Below are positions 52,725 to 64,000 of a stretch of DNA of 64,000 nucleotides, in pieces. How positions within the stretch are numbered: the first letter of the stretch is position 1; each line of letters begins with the position of its first letter. Position numbers and translations under genes: made by a program. The notes beneath the pieces were generated by a model, which saw nothing but the letters and a program-made list of their open reading frames with translations, was not told where the DNA came from and searched no databases. Source of the stretch: Tetramitus jugosus (taxonomy: Eukaryota > Protista > Heterolobosea); assembly GCA_937625935.1 (NCBI GenBank), contig OW569384.1, forward strand, positions 310,001 to 374,000, given 5' to 3'.

Positions 52725-53954
52725 TTAGATTTTACAAGAAGAAGCCAGGTACTTGTCAAAGCCCAGCTGATTCATCATGTTACAGAATCCAGAAGAAAAG
52801 TTTTCAGCAAACAGGTGCACAATCTTCGCAGGAATTACGTCGTCCAAATCCTCGTCATCCAGACCCATCATGCCTAGTTCTTCGCCGACACGTTGCATCA
52901 CATCAATCAACGCCTGGCAACTAATACCGTACAATTCTTGAATACATAGAATTTCGTGCAACGTGCTCACAGTATCCGTACTAATGAACGATGATTGATA
53001 CTTTGGCGAGTTCTTTGATGATTCTGTTGCCTCCTTTAACTTTGCTTCCTCTTCTTCACTCACTGCTGCTTGATGTGCTGCTGCACTCTCCTCACCCAAC
53101 TCCTCCTCATTCTTATCTTCTTCTTCGTGATCTTCATGAAGATCTTCCTCGTCATCATCTGCATAGCTATAGTCATCATCGTCTTCACTGCATGTCACAC
53201 TGCTCCTCGTTGATGACATTTCACTATCAGTGGATCGCGCAGACGTCTTATCTTCACTCGGGTGAGACGCCTCTATCCTTGATCCTCTTCTATTTTGTCT
53301 GCTCCTCATCAATCTTCTCTTTTCATTCTCTTCCTGCTTCTTCTGTCGTAACTGGTGCAATTGATTGACTCTAACAACCATTCCTGCACTAAACAATCTG
53401 ACGAACCAATCACTGAACGCCTGTTTTCCATTCTCTGAACTAATTTGTTTCCACATGTGTAACGTACACTGAGCTTGAATCTCACTCTTGAAGCTCTGTT
53501 GATCAATCCATTGGTTCGAACTCGATTGATTCGAAATGTCCAACAGCGAAGCAAGACCCAGACTTAATTTTCCGCCTGTTGCACCACCAATCTGATTGTT
53601 CTCTGCATGAGCACCACCAGCAGCAGTCGCCACATTGGCACTATTATTGTTATTGTTCATATTGGGAGAAGTGACTTGAACGCACCAATGAGAAAATTTG
53701 ATCAAATCGTCCATTGAAAATTTTCCATTCTTGTCAACGTCGAGCATGAACAGAACGGCCAACCTTCGGAAATCAATGGGATAGTTTTCGAGTGATTGAA
53801 GCTTCTTGGCTTCGTCTACAGTCAGATATTCGATACCGCCACTGTTACTATTAAAGTTACTACCATTGTTATTACTGTTGGAAGCTTTTTTGCTGACTCT
53901 TTCAAATTCGGATTCAATGTGTTGTTCACGTATGATAGAGTCCACGTTGCCCAT
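52725..53954 (-). CDS. EF-hand protein, probably N-myristoylated
   Basis: MGNVDS; LDVDKNGKFSMDDL EF-hand loop; acidic tract. Confidence 0.7.
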   Translation of the reverse strand: MGNVDSIIREQHIESEFERVSKKASNSNNNGSNFNSNSGGIEYLTVDEAKKLQSLENYPIDFRRLAVLFMLDVDKNGKFSMDDLIKFSHWCVQVTSPNMNNNNNSANVATAAGGAHAENNQIGGATGGKLSLGLASLLDISNQSSSNQWIDQQSFKSEIQAQCTLHMWKQISSENGKQAFSDWFVRLFSAGMVVRVNQLHQLRQKKQEENEKRRLMRSRQNRRGSRIEASHPSEDKTSARSTDSEMSSTRSSVTCSEDDDDYSYADDDEEDLHEDHEEEDKNEEELGEESAAAHQAAVSEEEEAKLKEATESSKNSPKYQSSFISTDTVSTLHEILCIQELYGISCQALIDVMQRVGEELGMMGLDDEDLDDVIPAKIVHLFAENFSSGFCNMMNQLGFDKYLASSCKI

Positions 53955-54206
53955 TATTTTCTTATAGTGTACAGAGGTGATGGTTTTTTGTTTGTTGTTT
54001 GTTGTTTTTTGATTCTCTGTGCGACCGTTGTTTGATGTTCATATCGGCAGCGGAGAAGGATGATTTTGGATGGGTGACAAGGCGTGAAAACAGTTTCGCC
54101 GTCAATCCGAATTCAAGCGATTTCTGGAACGCGGCACAAGAAAAACAGAGAAAGCTGTTGTTTTGTGCCCTTGTGAAAACCAACATACAGATCAATAATT
54201 ATCATC

Positions 54207-56625
54207 ATGTCTCAAGAAAATCAATTGTTCTCCCAGGCAGACAAACGATACTCTCAATTGAGAAACAGATCAACCAACAATGGAGAAACTGTTGCTGATG
54301 ACGAGGAAATGTACGTCAAAACTTGTACTTTTTTTTTGAGTCTGTTCAAACGAGTCAACAATGATGAGTGCTCACACACACTGTTTATTCTTCCTAAAAA
54401 AAATATACGGGTATATAGAAATCCAAATGATGTGTTGCGGATTCTGGTTGCAACAGACAATCACTTGGGATACATGGAGAGAGATCGTGTCAGAAAACAT
54501 GACTCATTTATTACAATGCAAGAAATTTTGGAGGTTGCAAAGGAACAAAAAGTTGATTTCATATTGCATGGTGGTGACTTGTTCCATGAGAATAAGCCCA
54601 GTCGTGAAACATTGCACAAAACAATTGAATTGTTCAGAAAGTATTGTTGTGGTGATGAACCTGTGCCACTGGTGATTCACAGTGATCAAAAAATGAATTT
54701 TCAGAGCAAGTATGTGAACAAGAAATCAATTGATTGACCATTTTAACTTTGCATTCTTATTTGTTTATGCTGGTGGTGATATTAATCGAAAAATGAAAAA
54801 CTACAGTTTTGGAACAGTGAATTATGAGGATCCAAATTTCAACATTTCGTTGCCAGTGTTTGCAATTCATGGCAATCATGATGATCCAACAGGAGAGAAT
54901 GGATTGTCTGCCATGGATCTCTTATCTGTCACCAATCTGATCAATTATTTTGGAAAGACTGACAATATCGATGACATTCATATAAAACCGGTTTTACTGT
55001 CAAAGGGCAGCACAAAGGTCGCACTCTACGGAATGGGGTGGATCAAGGACGAAAGACTGTATCGAACATTTGAGCAGAAACATGTGAAATTTTATAGACC
55101 ATCACAGTCCAAGGATGATTGGTTCAATCTGTTTGTTCTTCATCAGAACAGACACCAACATCACTCAAAGAAGGCGAACATCTCTGATTCTATGCTCCGA
55201 GGATTCTTTGACGTGGTGATTTGGGGTCATGAACATGAACAGCAAGTGGTGCCAACAAAGAGTGCTGAAGGCAATTTTGATGTGATGCAACCTGGAAGCT
55301 CTATTGTAACATCGTTGTCCCCAGAGGAATCCAAACAGAAGAAGATTGCAGTTCTCGAAATTTACAAGGATCAATACCGTTGTGTACCCATCGATCTAAA
55401 GACAGTTCGACCTTTTGCTATGAATGCCATCAGTTTGCAAGATTTTGATGAATTGGATGATGAGAGAAATAATCCTGAAGAAATTGCTGACTTTTTGGCG
55501 AGCAAAGTGGAAGAACTTATCGAGGAAGCGAATGATCGATTACCTCCAACTAATATTCTACAAAAGTATCCCTCACTAAAGCTACCTCTGATCCGATTAA
55601 AGGTTGACTACAGTGGTGGATATGCTTCCATTAATCCTCAGCGATTTGGTCAACGTTTCATTGACAAAGTGGCAAATCCTTCCGACTTGTTGATTCTCTC
55701 TCGATCAAAAACAAGAAAGACTACAAAAGGAAAAGCTAGCGACGAGCCTCAAGCTACCAAGGAAGAAATTATTAGTGCCATTGTATCTGGAAAGAATGTT
55801 GGTGGAGACTTTATCGCAGGCAACACTGCCACCGATGGTATTACGATCGATGATTTAGTTGCAGAATTCCTAAAACAAGATAACGGTCTGGATATGATCA
55901 ACGAATTACAGTTGGCAGATGCTGTTGTAGATTATGTGGAAAAGGAGGAAACTCACTCGATCAACGATTTTATTGAGCGACAAATTAAGGAAGTCAGAAA
56001 GCGATTGTGGAAAGACAGTAAGAAGCTGTTACAAGACAATGAAACAACTACTATCGAAGAAAAAGATATTGAGGAACTCGTGCACAACTATGCCGAGCAA
56101 CAAAAAGCAACGATGGAGCTTCGATCTGACAAAAGAAGAGCAAACCGTGCCAGCAAAGGATTAGAACACGACGAAGAAGATGAAGAGGAAGAAGTACCAC
56201 GCAAGGGTAAGAACAAGAAGAAGGTTGACAGTGATGAAGAAGAATTCGAATCTGCTTTGGCCTCTGTGAAGAATGAGAGATCAGATGAAGAAGAAACGAC
56301 GACCCGAGGACGAGGAAAGACCACAACAAGAGGCAGAGGACGAGGCAGAGGAGCCAAGTCAACCTCAACAAGAAAAAAGAAGGTTGACTCTGACGAAGAT
56401 GAGGACGACGACTACGAAGAAGAAGAAGAGATCAAACCAAAGAAGACCACAAGAGGCAGAGCTGCTGCATCCTCTTCCAAATCAAAGGCTGCAGCAACCA
56501 AGAAGAGAAAGGCTCCATCATCAGACGATGAAGTCATCGCCCTGGATGACTCAGACGAGGAAGCACCTCCACCAGTCAAGAGAAGGAGAGCCACCACCAA
56601 AAAACCAACTTTCAAACCCTTGTAA
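54207..56625 (+). CDS. MRE11: Double-strand break repair nuclease MRE11; introns 54311-54418 and 54710-54806
   Basis: [44 protein letters not shown]-rich GAR motif. Confidence 0.96.
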
Positions 56626-56734
56626 AATCAAACATCTTTTATTGGCACATACGTTGTTGTATCCATTGAAACCTGTCAACTTGACAAGGCTCAGAGGATC
56701 CAAAACACAAAAAATCTGACCAACAACAAAAACC

Positions 56735-57475
56735 ATGTCAACAACCATACCGAGCGAATCAACAACACCAACAATCAACAACATCAATGACCTTGAATCA
56801 ACGTTAGCCAACGGATTGCTTCACATCTTGGAACCACTCGCAGCAGAATACGATCAACACATTCGATCCATTCAACTTGCTCAAGCCAATCTCGCCTCTC
56901 AAATCGACTCACTTCAGCAAGTCATCACACTGTGCAACTCTGAGACTGTGGCATTCATCGACGTTCAGCCCCATCTCGTCAAATTGGCACTCACCAAAAA
57001 AAAAGTGGCCAACAATGCTTCTGTGCTATCCATCATCAATGAACGGTTGAATCGATTGATACGCCTCAGTAGAAACAAGTTTCCTGAGATGGCTCACTTG
57101 TATGAACAGGAAAAGCTAAAGAAACTACAACAACTACAACAACAAGCAGTGTCCATGCCACCATTGAATGATGATGTCTTGAACACAGAAGAAGAGCAAG
57201 AAGAGCAGACATCGCTCAGAAATGAACCCACGACGACGATAACAACAACAACAACAAGCAATGAAGATGAAAAAGCGTATGAAGAGGTTGTGACTACTAT
57301 GGAAGAACAAGACACAAGCGAAACGACCCATCTAGATGAAGAAGCAGCAACCAACAATGACAACAACACTGTAACAACACTACCACAAGAAGAAGAAGAA
57401 GAGGAACGACAACAAGAAGCTCCCAATTCTTCTTCACAGGAAGAGCAACAAGATGAAGAAAATGCCCAACAATAA
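56735..57475 (+). CDS. Snapin-like BLOC-1/BORC subunit with acidic tail
   Basis: LANGLLHILEP..SIQLAQANLASQID..DVQPHLVKL..KKV..INERLNRL coiled coil. Confidence 0.7.
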   Translation: MSTTIPSESTTPTINNINDLESTLANGLLHILEPLAAEYDQHIRSIQLAQANLASQIDSLQQVITLCNSETVAFIDVQPHLVKLALTKKKVANNASVLSIINERLNRLIRLSRNKFPEMAHLYEQEKLKKLQQLQQQAVSMPPLNDDVLNTEEEQEEQTSLRNEPTTTITTTTTSNEDEKAYEEVVTTMEEQDTSETTHLDEEAATNNDNNTVTTLPQEEEEEERQQEAPNSSSQEEQQDEENAQQ

Positions 57476-57676
57476 AACACATGAATACCGACCAAGGTTC
57501 ACTTGCGTGTCGTCATTGTGTTCCCTTCGAACATGTGCCTCGAACGCATTTTTGTGAATGGTGGTGGGGATCAAATTGGAGCGCTTGAACAACAAAATCA
57601 AACAACGAAAAAAGAAAACAAGACTCCAAAAAAATCAGTCATAATCATCATTCAATCATCTGATTAATAATAATAA

Positions 57677-59516
57677 ATGGCGTTCAATTATCCAATTGCG
57701 ATACCCTACATCATACTCGCATCTGTTTTTGTTGCCATTGCCATCTTTTTGGCTGTTTTTACATGGATGCTCAAGCATCGTGATGAATCAGCAAAGATAC
57801 CCTATGTGGTGACAGTGTTTGGTCTGTTGGCCATTTGTCTCTGTCTCATGATTATACCTGTTGATATTTTCAATGTTTCAAAGCAGAGTGATCCCATGAA
57901 ACATGCAGCGATCATCAAATGGATCTACTATGGCAGTTATTTGACACTGTTGGTGTTTGCTTTTGTGTTGATTCCTTTTGCTTACTTTTTCTATGAAGAA
58001 GCAGATGAAGAGGTATGTGTGCCACATCATAGGATGGAGTCCTCGGTTTTTCTGTTGCCATTTTTTGTATTTGTTTTTGCAGTTGAAAAGCTTTTTCAAA
58101 TGTTCGTTTGTGTTAAACACTGAATTTTGCTGTATTTTTCTTGATGTTATATCGTTTGTTGTTCATTAGCAAACATTGGTTTGGCGATTGGTTCATACGT
58201 TGAAATTTACCGTGTTTACGGTAGCAGCCGGTGTTTTGGTTATTATCTTGGCTTTGGTGCTGCGATTCGGTGCCAGTTCAACCAAGGACAAGTGGAGCTG
58301 GATTAAAAACATTGTGGATTACAATAATTTTGGTGATCGGGCCATTGGATTTATTGTGGCATGCTTGGCTATGCTCGGTCTCTTTGCTTTCAACATTTAC
58401 ACGGCGTATGGTCTCGCTGCGTTCCCTATTGGTCTCATGAAGCGCGACAAGAAGGTGTATCAAGAGTTGGACAATGTTGGCGAAGAGATTCATGAAATTC
58501 GAGCAAAATTGAATGTGAGTGCACGAGCACAGGAAATGTCTGGTAAGCCCTTGAACAAGAAGCAAGAACGAGAACAAAAGAAATTGAAATCAAAGTTGAG
58601 TGAACTGGAGAGAAGGAGTAGATATTTTGATGAGAAACGAGGAAGTTGGATGCACAAGATGGAACCGTTCATGTATCCTGTTAAGTTTGTAATTGGCGTT
58701 CTGCTGTTGTTGTGCACTGTTGCAATTGTTGCATCCTTGATTATTACGCAGATTGATCGCGCAGTATTCAGTGAGTGTGGTATTCGATGTGGCTTTATTC
58801 TGAATAAGCACCACCCTTGGAACCCGCTTGATCTTTTGTTGACATATGCAAGCATTGCATTCCCTGTTGACTATGTACTCACTGGTCTATTTATCGCATT
58901 GTTCATGTTGGGATCACTTGTTGGACTGTCCAATATTGGAATTCGATTTTTGTTTATCAAGTTGTACAAGATTAAGTTCCGCAAGACTCTTCCACAGGGA
59001 TTGTTGACCGGTTGTATATTTTTGATGTTTATCATCACGGTCTTTTCATTCTCTCTAGTGAGTTTTGCGCCTCAGTATGCCACATTTGGAAGTCAAAAGT
59101 ATAGGGATGCACAAACAAACAAGCTAGTTGACTGCAATATGAATGCACTGTACAATGGTACTGTCACTCACAACAGTACACTCACAGAATATGATCCTAT
59201 GGTGTTCAATTCTGGCTCTGTATATGTCGGTCGTCCATGTTACATGTCTCAAATTGCTACTCTTGTGAATAGTGTGGCTGTTCGCGTGCCCGTGTTCAGT
59301 GCAATCTTCTATTTTGCAAACTGGGTGTTTGTTGCCATGTATTTATTCTTTTTCGTTGTTGCTATCTTCAGAAGACCAGCTGTACTCATCAGTACAGAAG
59401 ATTCTGATGACGAAGAAGAAGACCTGATCGAGAAAGAACCATTAACGAGAAGGAGAGAGTCAAGAACTCGCACTGTCAATGCAACGAGCAAATACTCGAC
59501 AAACTATGATATATAA
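57677..59516 (+). CDS. LMBR1-family membrane protein (LMBRD1-like lysosomal cobalamin exporter); intron 58013-58169
   Basis: IPVDIF, IPFAYFFYEE, YTAYGLAAFPIGL, FPVDY, APQYATFGSQ; multiple TMs. Confidence 0.88.
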
Positions 59517-59534
59517 TTAGACGCTTTGTGTTTA

Positions 59535-60695
59535 CTAACTTATTGGTTTGTCACTGTTGCTTAGTTCTGCTGATGCCTCCTTCAACTCCTTTACAACATC
59601 TACACCGTTGTAATAAAAGGTAGTCATACGTTTTTTGGTACCCGTTATATCCCTATAATCCTCGTTGAATTCTTGAATTAGATGCTGTAGTCTCTCGTGT
59701 AATTGCTCGAGAACAATGTTCTTTCTCAGGAGGTCAGCTTTCAATCCTCTCGTGGCTGCCTTGTCTTGATCCTGTTCACTCTTGCTGATCATGATGTTTA
59801 AAGATTCAATCTCAAGTACTATCGATTCCCTCGCGTTAATGGCTTCAAGAACATCAATCAGCTTATCCCTGCATATTACCAACAGATTAATTTCACCTAT
59901 GATCGCCACTTCGTTCCGCTTGACATTATTATTGATATGAACGTCAATAAACAATTGTCTTCTCCGAACTGGAATAAGGAGGTCATCCCAGAGAACAAAC
60001 AACGCTTTCTTGGCAGCTTCAAAGGTCATACCAGCACTGTAATCCTCCACGTTGGCATCTCTGTAGATATCAAAGAAACTCCAATCAATCTCCTGACTCT
60101 GATCCTGTTTCGCTCCATTCTTCTTGTACGGCATATCTTTCTCCATTCTCTTCTCCATCTGTTTCATGTGCTTCTTGAATGATTCAGTTTTTACATAATC
60201 GCAATTCGAGTCCTTTCTAGCATCATATTCTGTCATTGATGTTGACAAGGAGTCATCCCAGTCTCCACTGTGGAAGTACATGTTGATAGCTGACATAGAT
60301 GTCTTCTTCTTGTGAGTTCTTGGTGTTCTTGGTGTTCTTGGTGACTTTTTCTTCTCTTCATCCAGCTTTACGAGTTTAAACATGCTCTTCCTCATGGGGC
60401 TATCAATATATGCATGAACAGTCTTCTCTGGTAGACGAGGATAACTTTTGGATAGAACACTCTCATCCTTACTCCCAGGATCACTACAAGAAGTCTTCCT
60501 CGGAGTACCTTCTCCCTCCTGGATGTAACCCAAGGGTCGCTGTAATTTCTGTCTATACTTTACAAGTTTAATATACCTCTTCACTGGTTGAGGTAAATTG
60601 TTCTCCGAGTTTTGATTCACAGTCATTATTACCTCCTCAGCTCGAATCGTCTTTGGTGTTGCGCTGTCAGACCGGGTTATCTGTGCGTTGGACAT
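59535..60695 (-). CDS. Hypothetical coiled-coil protein (paralog of 60801..61853)
   Basis: Shared domain EIDW..FDI..DAN..MTFEA.K.AL..LW.D..EINLLV.CRDKL..EFNED. Confidence 0.75.
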   Translation of the reverse strand: MSNAQITRSDSATPKTIRAEEVIMTVNQNSENNLPQPVKRYIKLVKYRQKLQRPLGYIQEGEGTPRKTSCSDPGSKDESVLSKSYPRLPEKTVHAYIDSPMRKSMFKLVKLDEEKKKSPRTPRTPRTHKKKTSMSAINMYFHSGDWDDSLSTSMTEYDARKDSNCDYVKTESFKKHMKQMEKRMEKDMPYKKNGAKQDQSQEIDWSFFDIYRDANVEDYSAGMTFEAAKKALFVLWDDLLIPVRRRQLFIDVHINNNVKRNEVAIIGEINLLVICRDKLIDVLEAINARESIVLEIESLNIMISKSEQDQDKAATRGLKADLLRKNIVLEQLHERLQHLIQEFNEDYRDITGTKKRMTTFYYNGVDVVKELKEASAELSNSDKPIS

Positions 60696-60737
60696 GGTTT
60701 TATTGATACTAAGACAATTCTATTTGAAACTGAATTC

Positions 60738-60762
60738 ATGAACGGTGGTTTTAACCGTTCAT
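60738..60762. repeat. Inverted repeat/hairpin in bidirectional intergenic region
   Basis: ATGAACGGT-ggtttta-ACCGTTCAT, perfect 9-bp arms. Confidence 0.8.
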
Positions 60763-60800
60763 TGGTTGAAGTTTCAGTGCGATGAGTACGGACTGCATGG

Positions 60801-61853
60801 ATGGTGCGCAGAACAAAACAAACTCGCATGTCGTCGCAATCACCACCAAACAAGCTGACCCCCTTACAGTGGAGAGATAAGATTACACAAAAGAGAAGAG
60901 TTTCGAGTGCTGATAAAGATAAATATAAGCTTGTTCATGAGATTACTCTCTCCGCGTATCTGGCGAGTACTCCTGTCAAAGGAAAAGTCGATAACCACCC
61001 AAAAGGCCTTCGAAGACGCTCTCACAGTTCAATAGATCAATTATCGAGAAGGGACAGCTCTCCTCTTTCTCAAAGGAGTCACAGCAGTTTATCGGACCAA
61101 GAAAATGGAGGAAACAATAAGTTAGTTCCTCTTCGACAACCATTTCGACTAAAGCGAACTGATGTCGATCCTAGTTCTCCTGTGACCCCTCAAAGCGCTT
61201 CACCTACCGCCCGAAAACCAACTCGAGGTTTAAGCAGTGAATCTCCTGACAGCTCATCTGAGGATAATAGAAAAGATAAATTAATCACTATTCACAGGTT
61301 TAGAAACAGTCCAACGAGTGGAATCAAAGGGGAAATAGATTGGGGAAGATTTGACATAGTTAATGACGCTAATATTGATGAATTGAGTCAAGAGATGACA
61401 TTTGAAGCTTCGAAACGGGCATTAGCTATACTGTGGAGAGATATGTACATCTCTGAGGAACATCAAAGATCATTCTCAGATCTCCATTTCTCCAATAAGA
61501 ACACACATAGTGGGGCTTCTATTTTAGCAGAAATTAATCTGTTAGTTATGTGTAGAGATAAACTTGTTGAAACAATTAAGTGTATTCAAAAATTGGAGGA
61601 AGTGACAAAGACTGTTAGGAGCATCGAGACTTTGTCTTCCCCAGGATCACTACAAGAAGAACTGGACAAACAAAAGCAGAAGATGAGGAGATTATCCTCT
61701 GAACTACTCGACCTCATGCTGGAATTCAACGAAGACCATGCCAATGTTGTTGGTGGGACATCAGTGGGAACTAAGAGGTCATTCATCTTCAACGGGGAGG
61801 ACCTTATGAAACGGCTCTCAAGCAAACTACCTCGCTCAATCAATAAAATATAG
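60801..61853 (+). CDS. Hypothetical coiled-coil protein (paralog of 59535..60695)
   Basis: Same C-terminal domain; Ser/Arg-rich N-terminus with many SP sites. Confidence 0.75.
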   Translation: MVRRTKQTRMSSQSPPNKLTPLQWRDKITQKRRVSSADKDKYKLVHEITLSAYLASTPVKGKVDNHPKGLRRRSHSSIDQLSRRDSSPLSQRSHSSLSDQENGGNNKLVPLRQPFRLKRTDVDPSSPVTPQSASPTARKPTRGLSSESPDSSSEDNRKDKLITIHRFRNSPTSGIKGEIDWGRFDIVNDANIDELSQEMTFEASKRALAILWRDMYISEEHQRSFSDLHFSNKNTHSGASILAEINLLVMCRDKLVETIKCIQKLEEVTKTVRSIETLSSPGSLQEELDKQKQKMRRLSSELLDLMLEFNEDHANVVGGTSVGTKRSFIFNGEDLMKRLSSKLPRSINKI

Positions 61854-61952
61854 GGCCTGTCAATAATTGAAGTTTTATAAAATAATAAGGAAAATTGGAT
61901 TTGGAGTTTTGGGCATTGGAGTGGATAGTCTGGGCAGCTTTAGGTATACTAT

Positions 61953-63224
61953 TTACAAAAAGTATTCTGGGTTAGGCTTCTTACCAGGGATACCACGAGC
62001 GTCCTGAGGAGCAGCCTCGAATTCCTTAAAGTTCTTATTCAAATTTTCGTCTAGTTCCAATATGGCGGCAACGTTGCCACATCTGTAGCAATAGTTTGGA
62101 GCGGACCAAACGGTAACCAACGTGTCATTGAACATGTGCTTGTATCCTTCCATGACAAGCTGATGAGCTCGAGCAATCAAGCTAATCTTATTGGTTTGAT
62201 TGAATTGACTGACGACATCTCCACCAAACAAATAACCGGCACCTCTTGGACTCAAGCCCCATCCATCAATGTCCTCAGGGTCAGACCACAGTAAATCACA
62301 CATGGAGCCATCGTGAGGAACTTCTTGCTTTCTATCAATTTTACGAATCTGAACACACACACACACAGGGAGAAACAATGAGAGTTTGGTGTCAATAAAA
62401 TAGTCTCACACATAAAGGATCTCACTCACAAATGTCACACGAAAATATCAAAAGTGGTGATACATCAAAATGATACATCAAAAGACCCACACACCCACAC
62501 ACATACCTGATCCAGTGTTGTTATAGATGGAGACAAACCTCCGTGCACACAAAAGATTCTCTCTTCAATCAGAGCGGACAAGCTCAAATAATCAAATATT
62601 TCAGTGCAATAGCGCCACACATTTACACTTCCGTACTTTCTCAGACATTCATCATAAAAGCCATACACTTGTGTAATTTGTCTGCTTTCATGGTTGCCTC
62701 TAATCAGTGTAATACGGTCAGGGTATCGGACTTTAAGAGCTAATAATAACAAAAAGGTCTCAACACTGTAGAAACCTCGATCCACAAAATCACCCATAAA
62801 TAAGTAGTTGGTGTCAGGTACATCACCACCAACTTTGAACAATTCCTTCAAATCATAAAATTGTCCATGAATGTCACCACAAACCTATCATTGAGTCATA
62901 TGTTGGATTATTTTTGTTACAATGTGAGTGATGATATCACATGGCAAAGCGCGAGAAGGGGAATCCATTTTTTTGAAGAAAAAAACGTGCCGTCGTCAAA
63001 AAAGTGTGAAAATTAGCAAATGTGATATTGCGCGAGTGAGAAGCATCAATTATTGAGAGAAAACTTACAGTAACTGGTGCAAAGACGCGTTGAACGTTGG
63101 CTTCTTCAACAAGAATTTCCTTTGCTTTTTGGCACAACTGTTTGACTTCTGCTTCTTTGATAAGCTCGCAGTTTTTCAGTTGTTCGATTTGTCTGTCTAA
63201 ATCTGATGATGAAGGGCCACTCAT
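61953..63224 (-). CDS. PPP4C: Ser/Thr protein phosphatase 4 catalytic subunit; exons 63069-63224, 62507-62884, 61953-62348
   Basis: [44 protein letters not shown]-terminal YFL; spliced product 309 aa. Confidence 0.93.
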
Positions 63225-64000
63225 ATTGTGTTTGATGTTTGATGTTGTTGTTAGCGGATTTTCGTGTGCTTTTTGTTGAATTTCTCAAGCTTTCTGTGCG
63301 CTTTTGTAACCGGCGAATGGTTACAAAGCGGAGAAATAATGAGAACAAACATCAGGAACATCAAACATCGTTGCACAAAAATACAACACCAAGAATACAC
63401 GCTCGGGATATCCTGTTCGCAGGAGTAATTCATTTATTCGCTGACTGTTGATGGGTACAGTGCCTTGGCTCTCGTTTGGAAATGGAAGAAGTCTGGTCTT
63501 GTGTTCACTTGTTCCATGGAGCTAAAAGCATGGCAGGTGAACGAATCATGTGTGTGAACAACAGTCAGACAGACATTACCTGTGTTAGTGATCGATACAG
63601 TGGCCAGATGGCAAAAGAGAACAAATTGTGTGAATGGTGGTGAGGTGAACATACACTTTGCTGTACGCTTTCGATAGACGAATGTCGTCCCATTTGTACG
63701 ATGAGACAATGTACTTGACAAATGCAAATGATCCCACAAGGCAAACAACTATACACTCCAATGCAATCTACGACATGACAAGAAGAGAAATAGGACAAAA
63801 ACATGTGCATTATTAGAGAAAAGATTCACTTGTGTGCGAGCTATTCTTCTGATCATGATACTTACATCAAATGGCAAAGAGGAAGCTTCTCCGTGCAGTT
63901 TCATATCTGTGATTTTCAACGTGAAAGTGTCATTTCATGATATTAGTTCGTTCATTATGATTTGACAACATTTATACGGTCCAAGAAAAAGAGAACATTT

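Noticed and set aside
63240-64000. Short ORFs at the window end
   Set aside because: No motifs; probably intergenic

Overview
Gene-dense, intron-poor eukaryotic (protist) DNA with about 32 protein-coding genes, short GT-AG introns and Gln/Asn/His/Thr microsatellite tracts. A thiaminase I-transketolase fusion, Zn2Cys6 and CAR-type GPCR genes and an arginine deiminase suggest a heterolobosean (Naegleria-like) or similar amoeba (inference). Housekeeping genes include DBP5, RPB6, ARL3, ATG4, a Rab, TOM40, HGD, NUP62, MRE11, Snapin, LMBRD1 and PP4C. Highlights: (1) a bacterial-type AAA-ATPase + PD-(D/E)XK nuclease gene flanked by near-identical 144-bp direct repeats; (2) a thiaminase-transketolase fusion whose thiaminase domain appears to lack the catalytic Cys and Glu, 3 kb from a TH2-like thiamin-phosphate phosphatase; (3) a stand-alone Raptor-N (caspase-fold) protein with metacaspase-like catalytic motifs; (4) a glycerate kinase-acid ceramidase/NAAA fusion; (5) an arginine deiminase fused to a degenerate second amidinotransferase domain; (6) a P450 next to a stand-alone flavodoxin; (7) a head-to-head paralog pair centred on a hairpin. 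No rRNA, tRNA or CRISPR array was recognised. Family assignments rest on motif recognition from memory, not database searches.
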